Shown: one piece after another, positions 46,908 to 54,254 of the stretch
How positions within the stretch are numbered: position 1 is the stretch's first letter
Layout of the letters: every line of letters starts with the position of its first letter
IMG/VR virus record: IMGVR_UViG_3300028844_006278
Strand: one strand, 5' to 3'
DNA: 64,000 nt
Source: a virus
Made by a program: the position numbers and the translations under genes
Notes under the pieces: model-generated
Database searches by the model: none
What the model saw: the letters and a program-made list of their open reading frames with translations, nothing else
Told to the model about the DNA's origin: nothing

Positions 46908-48201
46908 GATGGTCTCCTTTGATGGTGCGTAGCTGTACTACGTTCTTGTGTGGAAGGTATTTGCTCCATACAGGAGCGAGCTGTTGTGGTGACTCTAGGG
47001 CCGCCTTCTCGAATAGAGCGTATAGAGGCTGTACGATAGCACTCTTCTTGCAGCTAGAGCATCCGGATGTCTTGGCAGCGTTCGCAAGATCGTCGGCGAT
47101 CTTCTGCAGGACGTCCGCTGGGAATAGCGCAGGAGCCTCTTCTCGGAACTTAGGGACTAGTGCTACAAGATCCTTGGGGCGAACGACTGCGTTCTTTGTA
47201 TTCTCCTGTAGGGAGTGCTCCCGGCGCACGTCCGCGGCAGATGTCTTAAGGATGTCGGACAAGGATAGGTCCTTAGCGAAAGATATCTGGTGCCGGCAGT
47301 GCTCCATAAGATAGTTCGAAGGATATACCGGTATCTCGAACGGAGATCTATCTATAGCTGATATGCGGATCCCTATCTCTGAGAACTTCTTAAAGATATT
47401 CGGGAACACCTGGTGCAGGCTGGCATAGGTCTTACGCTTCCTGTCCGCTTCCTCCTTCTTAGGGATATCTCCCGAGAAGTAGAAGTCCGATAGCTCTGTG
47501 GAAAGATCTACTCCCGACATCACTATATTGTTGAAGCCCAGTACGGCGGCCAGAGATAGCCCCAGGGTAGTAGAGGTCCGTACTCGCATAAAGGACAGCT
47601 CCCGAGGATCCGATACAAATGTATCCACAGTACCGGAGAACGCTTTAGTAGATAGGTTAGCTGGTAGATCCTTAGCTGACTTGATCAGCTGCTTGTTCCT
47701 CCGGAAGTCGTACAGAGGCTTGTCGTAGAACTGCTCTAGTACGAAGGATACCGTATGCTGGCTAGTGAATGCTGCTGGGTGGTAGGAGAGCACGTCTCGG
47801 GCTCCTATCCAGTAGTCCGCATACGGCACGGCAGCTATTGCATTGCCTATGGCGATGATGGGGATCCCTAGCTTATGCACCTCCTCTAAGCGGGCCGGGC
47901 TGAGGCTGGGCCCGGCTCCCGCTAGTACACACATGCCCTCTGAGTATATAGGTGGAATGCCTATAGGGGCGAGCGCCTCCACGCGCTTCCTAAAGAGACT
48001 CCCTTGCTCTACTGCCTCATCGTTGTAGCGCAGCGTGTCTCTCTGTGTTCCTGTCTCCTGCAGGATAAGGTCGTCAAATTTCCTGGTCTCCTCGAATAGC
48101 GCACGCTTGCTCGTGCCTTCTAGCGCAGACGCTAGGATTAGACGCATATCGCCGCTACGGACGAAGCTGGGCCGTAGGCCGTATCTGGTCGCCTTACTCA
48201 T
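46852..48201 (-). CDS. Maf/DUF115-like protein (possible nonulosonate transferase)
   Basis: CVLAGAGPSL, IIAIGN, LSLAAVLGFNNIVMSGVDL; C-terminal CSSC. Confidence 0.65.
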   Translation of the reverse strand: MSKATRYGLRPSFVRSGDMRLILASALEGTSKRALFEETRKFDDLILQETGTQRDTLRYNDEAVEQGSLFRKRVEALAPIGIPPIYSEGMCVLAGAGPSLSPARLEEVHKLGIPIIAIGNAIAAVPYADYWIGARDVLSYHPAAFTSQHTVSFVLEQFYDKPLYDFRRNKQLIKSAKDLPANLSTKAFSGTVDTFVSDPRELSFMRVRTSTTLGLSLAAVLGFNNIVMSGVDLSTELSDFYFSGDIPKKEEADRKRKTYASLHQVFPNIFKKFSEIGIRISAIDRSPFEIPVYPSNYLMEHCRHQISFAKDLSLSDILKTSAADVRREHSLQENTKNAVVRPKDLVALVPKFREEAPALFPADVLQKIADDLANAAKTSGCSSCKKSAIVQPLYALFEKAALESPQQLAPVWSKYLPHKNVVQLRTIKGDHHGKYIYRHTPDSSANSPA

Positions 48202-48368
48202 TCCCTATACTTTCTCCTATCCGGATCGTTCTCTCTGGTCTCTATAGTGGCGAAGCGTGCTCTGCACTCTGCACAGTGTCTTTCTCGGAGGACCTTGCAG
48301 TCTCCATTCTCCGAGTACGCTGTCGTGCTGAGTACCTTTGTACGCTGGCCACAATCTCTACACTTCAC
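48198..48368 (-). CDS. NrdR-N/Ogr-like zinc-ribbon protein (56 aa, not in ORF track)
   Basis: GTG 48368 after AGGTGA: MKCRDCGQRTKVLSTTAYSENGDCKVLRERHCAECRARFATIETRENDPDRRKYRE; TGA overlaps ATG 48201. Confidence 0.75.
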   Translation of the reverse strand: MKCRDCGQRTKVLSTTAYSENGDCKVLRERHCAECRARFATIETRENDPDRRKYRE

Positions 48369-48374
48369 GCGTAT

Positions 48375-48566
48375 TCACCTGGAAATAGCATACGTATGCC
48401 ATTTCTCCTCTAACGACGACTCGTCGACTATCGAGGCGGAGGAATGGAGATCCTCCGATACATCTAAGGGGTTCTTCATAGGCGGGGAGGTCGGCTTCTC
48501 CATTAAAGCTGCTCCTGGCTTATCTTCCTCTGCTCTGCTAGAGCTGCTCTCGTCTGTCTTATCCAT
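48375..48566 (-). CDS. Small acidic hypothetical protein
   Basis: ATG 48566 after GGAGG (48571-48575). Confidence 0.5.
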   Translation of the reverse strand: MDKTDESSSSRAEEDKPGAALMEKPTSPPMKNPLDVSEDLHSSASIVDESSLEEKWHTYAISR

Positions 48567-48636
48567 ATAGCCTCCACATATTCCGTATATATGTAGTAAG
48601 GATAGGGCGTATATTCCGTAGGGCAACAGCAGATAC

Positions 48637-48674
48637 AAAAAAAAAAACCTCCGCCCCTGGTGAGGAGGCGGAGG
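48637..48674 (-). terminator. Intrinsic terminator
   Basis: CCTCCGCC...GGCGGAGG stem followed by T11 on the minus strand. Confidence 0.85.
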
Positions 48675-48792
48675 TCAGGGAGCGGGATGGGCGGCCACAC
48701 AACCGAGCCATCCTCTGAGCGCAAGAGCTACCTGCGCATAACAACACACGCTATAGACTATAGCGGGGAATTCTAATTATGTGAGTGCGGTT

Positions 48793-48857
48793 AAAAAAAA
48801 GAGCCCCGCCACGGCTTCACAAGCACGTCGTACGTGTTGGAGAGGCATGTGGCGGGG
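48793..48857 (-). terminator. Long hairpin plus T8 (terminator or sRNA 3' end)
   Basis: CCCCGCCAC...GTGGCGGGG enclosing CACGT/ACGTG, then T8. Confidence 0.7.
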
Positions 48858-48935
48858 ATTGGGAGAAGGGCCCGATGTTTTCGGTCTACCTACGCGCTAT
48901 AGGCTCTTACTCACAAGGGGCTGATCTTGCGTATA

Positions 48936-49532
48936 TTACGCGGTGGCGATGCCTCGAAGCTTCTGCCGTTTAGCCAATGCCTGGATGAGAGCACCAGTGG
49001 CCGCGCCTGCGGCGCCCAGGCCTACGGCCTTACCCACGTTGATGCCTTCGCCCTTCGTAGCGTCGTGCGCTAAGGAGAGACCTACGCCGGCCGTACCGCC
49101 GATTGCTGCTCCGCCGCCAAGCTCGCCGACAATCTGTCGGATCTTATCGCGGTTAGAGGGTCCGGATGTCGAGGGTCCGGATGTCGAGGGGACTGGAACA
49201 CTGGCCGGGGCGTACTTAGCCATCTGCAGTCCATTCTTTGACTGGTCGATCTCTTTGACTTGCTGCTCGAGTTCCAGTTTTTTCTGGGGATCCCAGGGGT
49301 CGTCGGTTTCCTCGTCATCGTCGAATGGGTTCGGAGCTCCTAGGGACGTAAATAGTCTGGGCGCAGGGGGCGCAGGGGGCGCATGGGGCTCAGGGGGGCG
49401 CGAGGCGGCGGTCTCTGCGGCTTCGATCGCATCCAAAGAAATCTCATCAGCAGCAGCTGCCTGCTTGTGAAGGTAGCCGAGCTGGAAGCCCTGAACGGGA
49501 ATGCTGTCTGTCTGGTAAGTGGTATCGGGCAT
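48936..49532 (-). CDS. Glycine-zipper protein with leader motif
   Basis: GFQLGYLHKQAAA leader; GAAIGGTAGVGLSL...GAAGAATGALIQ. Confidence 0.6.
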   Translation of the reverse strand: MPDTTYQTDSIPVQGFQLGYLHKQAAAADEISLDAIEAAETAASRPPEPHAPPAPPAPRLFTSLGAPNPFDDDEETDDPWDPQKKLELEQQVKEIDQSKNGLQMAKYAPASVPVPSTSGPSTSGPSNRDKIRQIVGELGGGAAIGGTAGVGLSLAHDATKGEGINVGKAVGLGAAGAATGALIQALAKRQKLRGIATA

Positions 49533-49620
49533 TTGTGTTCTCCGTGTAGGTAAATGCTAAGTAAGTGGACGGTACTGTATAAATGAGCAGGAGTCAAGTA
49601 TAACCGCAGCTCGAGGTAGG

Positions 49621-50217
49621 TTAGGACATTCCGCCGAAGTCTATATATCCCCGCACTGCCGGCGGGAGGTTGGAAGCCGAGATGTTGCCTTCTCTGTCTT
49701 TAGTAGCGCCCTGGTATGCTAGCTGCAGTAGCGCCCCGGTCGGTGCTCCGATCAGAGCTGCTAGCAGGGCTCTCTTGACGTGGAGGCCCTTCTTAGAGGC
49801 TGCGTCTACCAACAAGGAGATCCCGGTACCCGCAGTAGCTCCTATTGCTGCTCCGGGAGCAAGGGACTTGGTCCGTGTTGTATACGTCTTCGGCTCGGGT
49901 GATCCCTTGCTGTCGTACCGCTGGATATCCGCATGTGCTCCAGCTATTACGGGCTTCTCTGCCAGATCTTCGTCCGGTTCGCTAAGCTGCGCGAGGGCTT
50001 GTAAAATCACAGGATCTCTTGGAGGCGGCCGCTGCTGCCATCCCGACCCTAAGAGATCTTCTGCGTCGGGCGTACGTGGGATCAGGTTGTCAGCTGTAAG
50101 CTCTCCTGGCGCTACGTTCGGCCGGGAATCGTTAAGAACAACTCCACTGCTGCTGGGGATTACGACGTCTTCGGCGGACTTGAGGAATTGGGATAGTATG
50201 TTCTTATACTTGCTCAT
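49621..50217 (-). CDS. Glycine-zipper protein (C-terminal domain paralogous to 48936..49532)
   Basis: FLKSAE leader; GAAIGATAGTGISL...LIGAPTGALLQ. Confidence 0.6.
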   Translation of the reverse strand: MSKYKNILSQFLKSAEDVVIPSSSGVVLNDSRPNVAPGELTADNLIPRTPDAEDLLGSGWQQRPPPRDPVILQALAQLSEPDEDLAEKPVIAGAHADIQRYDSKGSPEPKTYTTRTKSLAPGAAIGATAGTGISLLVDAASKKGLHVKRALLAALIGAPTGALLQLAYQGATKDREGNISASNLPPAVRGYIDFGGMS

Positions 50218-51935
50218 TATCTAGCGCTCCTGTAGGGCTTGGCCGGTATGCTTAGGTCTGTCTTCTGATGGAGTGTAATCGGATTGCCGACTAGGATATC
50301 GACTATGTTCTTAAGGAGGTGCTTGTTCCGCTCCTTCTCCCTATGTTGAACCCTGCTGATCGGAGAGTCATATTGGCTCCAGCCAGGCCCGAGGTCGTTG
50401 TCATATCCTCTGCTACCTGACTGTACGGCCTCAGGTACGTCAGTCTTGTAGCCCTTACCGCCCCTGTAGTTCTCGTAATCCCACCTATCGTTAACTTCTG
50501 CTATATCGCTACCTTTATCTCTAGTAGATCGGTATCCTGCTATAAAGCCCCCGGTGCCTTCCATGTACTCTTTATCGCCCTTTGTTTTGAATTGAGGCTC
50601 ATAAGTAATGGGTCCGCCTGGATATTCGTGCCTTCCCAAGAAGTCGATCCGGACTGACTGGTCCAGGTCTTCCTTATTCGGGACCTCGTCCGAATACTCC
50701 CACTTTTTAGGATCGTTGGGAGATACCTTGAAGTACTTATTCATTACATCGGCGTCGAGAGGAAGGTCGAAGTAGGCCTTCTGTGCTTGGCTCCTCATTT
50801 GAAGGTCATCAGACATTTTGCCTCCCCATAGGCGCTCGCCCTTTACGACCTTGAGTAGGGTCTTCTTGAGGCCTACGTCTTCTACGGACTTCTTAAAGTT
50901 TTCATTAATCTCCGAGGAGTCGTACCCTACCGGTCTCTTAAGAGAGACGAAAGGTCTGCCTAACGCTCTACGGATAGGACGCATTAGAGGGTTTCTTCGT
51001 AGAGCGTCTCCTACCTTACGGAGCCGAGGATCTTTCTCTATCTTACGGAGGATATCCCCAGCTTCCCCTGGATTAGCTCTGTAGTAGTCTATGCGCTTCT
51101 TTACTGCATCTCCTGCGGCTGCTCCGCCTATCCCTCCTGCGAGGCCTCCTATAGCCCCTGAAGCGACATAGTTCATCCAGTTGCCTTCGTACCCCAGCAT
51201 CTTAGATAGGACGAAATTAGACAGGGTTCCGGACCCTATGCCCAGGGCCGCACCTATGGCTGCCGATAGCTCTGTAGCGGAAGGTGCAGCCTCTTTGTCC
51301 AGGTATCCTTGCACGTACGCACTCTTATTCATGCTATGTATCCTCTTTAGATACTTGCCGGGTATAGTGCCGGACGGGGTTACGACAAATCCGTGCGGTA
51401 CGTCGGCTGCGTACATCCGACCCTCTGGGTCGTCGTAATGCTTCCATAGCTCCTTGGGCGGGGTGCGTAAGTAGGCCTTTATCTGATCCGCCGACAGCCT
51501 GCTGCGTCTCTTATCTTTATCCGCGTCCGACATGTTCTCCTTATACGGTATCAGCTCAGCGCCGTGTACGACAGTGTCCGGCACATCCTTCAAGAGGGAC
51601 CCTAAATCTACTTTGTACATATCGGACTGGAACTGCCTGGAGGGGTGCTTATCTGTTATCTTATCAGGGTCCGGCATTCCGAAGAATACACTGGGGCCTT
51701 CCTGTGACTTAGACCATGGGCGGTCCTTTAGCCTCTTCTTTACTGACCCCGCAAACTCCTCTGCAGTCATTGCGTGTCCTGTATTTCGCCTATTCTCTAT
51801 AACTGCGGCTAAGACTTCTGGATTCTCTATCAGGGCTTTAGCCGATAGGAGTCCGTGCTTCTTTATCAGCTCCTCGGACCCCGGGGGTGCTGCTGTATAC
51901 ACAACTAGGTCGTCAGACTTATTCATACCCTTCAT
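50217..51935 (-). CDS. Composite protein: N-terminal domain, internal leader, glycine zipper
   Basis: Internal MNKSAYVQGYLDKEAA at 51332 followed by GAALGIGSG...GAIGGLAGGIGGAAAG. Confidence 0.6.
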   Translation of the reverse strand: MKGMNKSDDLVVYTAAPPGSEELIKKHGLLSAKALIENPEVLAAVIENRRNTGHAMTAEEFAGSVKKRLKDRPWSKSQEGPSVFFGMPDPDKITDKHPSRQFQSDMYKVDLGSLLKDVPDTVVHGAELIPYKENMSDADKDKRRSRLSADQIKAYLRTPPKELWKHYDDPEGRMYAADVPHGFVVTPSGTIPGKYLKRIHSMNKSAYVQGYLDKEAAPSATELSAAIGAALGIGSGTLSNFVLSKMLGYEGNWMNYVASGAIGGLAGGIGGAAAGDAVKKRIDYYRANPGEAGDILRKIEKDPRLRKVGDALRRNPLMRPIRRALGRPFVSLKRPVGYDSSEINENFKKSVEDVGLKKTLLKVVKGERLWGGKMSDDLQMRSQAQKAYFDLPLDADVMNKYFKVSPNDPKKWEYSDEVPNKEDLDQSVRIDFLGRHEYPGGPITYEPQFKTKGDKEYMEGTGGFIAGYRSTRDKGSDIAEVNDRWDYENYRGGKGYKTDVPEAVQSGSRGYDNDLGPGWSQYDSPISRVQHREKERNKHLLKNIVDILVGNPITLHQKTDLSIPAKPYRSAR

Positions 51936-52588
51936 CCTCTGAATAATTTTTGAGTAACCGCTACCGGAGTTAAAAGTAAAAATTTGTTATCCGGCATCAA
52001 CTCCATCCACTTTTGGTCTAGCGCAAGTCCTCGTAAATGGCGTATGTGTATAGGGAGATGTCTGCTCGTCCGCGAACGCACTACTGTCTTGATAAGTTGA
52101 AGAGACTCTACAAACTTGTCTTTAAGTTTAGAAATAAATGAGTCCCTTACAAGGTAAGCGTGCGATTGATAACATCTTGTTACTTGTACGCAGTCTTCAT
52201 CCCGTCTAGTAAAAGCCGGAAGGGCGCCTCCTAGTAACATAACATCCCAGTCTGGGTGATTGGCGTGAACTCGTGTTGCTTGTTCAAGCGTTTTACGGGG
52301 ATGGTGAAAATTAGCATCGTCCTCTAGGATACAGACGTACTTTGGAACAGGCGTTTGCTGTAGAGCTAATGCAAGGATCTCTATGTGCGCTTGGGCAACC
52401 CAGTAGCTACCTCGAGTCTCTCCTCTGGTTGCCGGATGCCTACATGCGTTGATCCCTAGGTTATTTATCTGGGAAATAATGTGCTCTTCCCGTTCCGGCT
52501 GACTATCCAGGTTTATATACCGGGTGTATTCGAAGAGGTCGTCGACGCTAGCGGCTGTTTCCTTTGGCTCTGTACTAGGCGTAGTCAT
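51932..52588 (-). CDS. GT25 family glycosyltransferase
   Basis: YINLD..PER, AHIEIL, CILEDDA, WDVMLLG, SHAYLV, ALDQKW. Confidence 0.85.
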   Translation of the reverse strand: MTTPSTEPKETAASVDDLFEYTRYINLDSQPEREEHIISQINNLGINACRHPATRGETRGSYWVAQAHIEILALALQQTPVPKYVCILEDDANFHHPRKTLEQATRVHANHPDWDVMLLGGALPAFTRRDEDCVQVTRCYQSHAYLVRDSFISKLKDKFVESLQLIKTVVRSRTSRHLPIHIRHLRGLALDQKWMELMPDNKFLLLTPVAVTQKLFRG

Positions 52589-52776
52589 CGATCCTCTGTA
52601 GAGTAGTCTAGGCCGTAGTCGTAGCTCTGCGGCGAATCGTTCTTTGGGGCTGTGTCGTTTAGGGATCCTATAAGAGCAAAGGCTCCGATAAGCACCGTAA
52701 AGAACAGAATAATCGCTGCCCCTAGTGCAACAACAGAGCCGAGCTCTTGCTCGTATGCATCGTCGTCTTCGTACAT
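52585..52776 (-). CDS. Small membrane protein
   Basis: One TM helix; ATGA overlap with the next gene. Confidence 0.5.
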   Translation of the reverse strand: MYEDDDAYEQELGSVVALGAAIILFFTVLIGAFALIGSLNDTAPKNDSPQSYDYGLDYSTEDR

Positions 52777-52780
52777 CGTT

Positions 52781-54253
52781 CTACGCTATGTCGTGTGTCT
52801 TTCTTTTGAACTGCTCTTGCTGGGCTACGGCCTTGGCCCGTATTGCCCGCCCTAAGTTGAACTGCTTTTGCTGGGCTACGGCCTTGGCCCGTATCGCCCG
52901 CCCTAAGTACGCGAGCTGCTTTACCCGGGGATCGTCCTTAGATATTCTCCCGGCCTTGTATGCCTTCTCTGCCTTTCCTCTGAGCCGCTTGTAGTCTGCG
53001 ACGAGCGTTCCGACATCTTTCTGGGATACGTACCTATTGATTTTGGCTATAGCTGCATGGGTCTCTACGTTCCTTGCCCGATCGGAGGCCTTCTGCACAT
53101 CGAGCTGCTGCTTTGCCTTGGCCTGCTGCCCTCCCTCATAGGCCTCCAGTCCGTGGCGCGTCATAAGGGATTGGATGCGAGGATCGTTAGGATTCTTATT
53201 ATACAAAGACCTTACTGCGTTCTTCTGGTCAGCTGTTAGCAGTGTGTGCTTAGCGACGGGGTTGACTTCCTGTATGCCTCTGGATTTCAGTGTATCTTTT
53301 ATACCTCCCCTCGTCTGCCCTGTATTGGATAGACTGAACAGGGCCTTGCGCTGATCGGGAGTGAGAGCTCGTTCATTGTCGGACAAGCCGAGATTCTTTC
53401 TCACCCTATCTAGACCTGGACTGGTGTGTCCTGTGTCCGTTTTGCCGTACATAGCGATCTGGTCTGCCCTGGGCGTTATCTCCCATCTACTGCCGGCTCT
53501 GTCGTTGATTGTGGACTGAACCACGGGCTTCAGACGCTCGCCTCCTGTCTGCTTATTCAAGGGCGCTACGCCCTTTTTCCTGTTGGTCACACCCATTACT
53601 CCGTACGGAGTGCGGACCATGGTATTTGGGACGAACCTTTGTCTCTCCTGTCGGTGCTTACTCTCTTGATCCCTTAGCTTGGTGATATAGGAAGGGGTCC
53701 GCCTCAGTGCATTAGATGTGTCGAGGCCTTTGTGCGCTCCGTCGAACACATCTGAGCCCTTACTTCGTGTAGACCTCTTAGCCATATCCCATGAACTAGT
53801 GCCGAAGTAGCCTTCTTTGCTTAGGTAGCCCTGCATGTATGCTTGCTTATGCGCTAGTACTTGAGGGACCTCCTCAGATGCTGCGGTCTTCTGTATCTCT
53901 GGAGATGCTTCGGGGAGAGGGGTCTCAGCCGATTTCTGCTGCTCCCATTCCTTTATCTTCTCAGCCAACCATAGGTTCTCCCGCTTCTGGAGTATGGAGT
54001 TGATATCCCGCCACCGCCATCTTTTCTGGGGGTAGTTATCAGCCATGTACTTCATGAGCAGGGCTCTTTCCTGCTCTCTTTCGCGCCAGTTCTTCTTGGG
54101 TGGTGTGAACCCCTCGGGAAGCTCTAGGGGATCCTCCGGCGGGAGCAGGCTCCAGGCCGTCTTCTGTATTGCGGTATTGAGTGCGGGAGTCATGACGTAG
54201 TGCGCCTCTGTGGGAGTGCTTAGGTAGCCCTGCATGTATGCTTGCTTATTCAC
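52781..54253 (-). CDS. Basic protein with duplicated leader motif
   Basis: KQAYMQGYLS twice, QKTA twice; C-terminal LGRAIRAKAVAQQ twice (51-bp tandem duplication near 52806-52908). Confidence 0.65.
   Translation of the reverse strand: MNKQAYMQGYLSTPTEAHYVMTPALNTAIQKTAWSLLPPEDPLELPEGFTPPKKNWREREQERALLMKYMADNYPQKRWRWRDINSILQKRENLWLAEKIKEWEQQKSAETPLPEASPEIQKTAASEEVPQVLAHKQAYMQGYLSKEGYFGTSSWDMAKRSTRSKGSDVFDGAHKGLDTSNALRRTPSYITKLRDQESKHRQERQRFVPNTMVRTPYGVMGVTNRKKGVAPLNKQTGGERLKPVVQSTINDRAGSRWEITPRADQIAMYGKTDTGHTSPGLDRVRKNLGLSDNERALTPDQRKALFSLSNTGQTRGGIKDTLKSRGIQEVNPVAKHTLLTADQKNAVRSLYNKNPNDPRIQSLMTRHGLEAYEGGQQAKAKQQLDVQKASDRARNVETHAAIAKINRYVSQKDVGTLVADYKRLRGKAEKAYKAGRISKDDPRVKQLAYLGRAIRAKAVAQQKQFNLGRAIRAKAVAQQEQFKRKTHDIA
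53818..54249. repeat. 33-bp perfect direct repeat encoding KQAYMQGYLS
   Basis: tgcttaggtagccctgcatgtatgcttgcttat at 53818-53850 and 54217-54249. Confidence 0.95.
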
Positions 54254-54254
54254 C

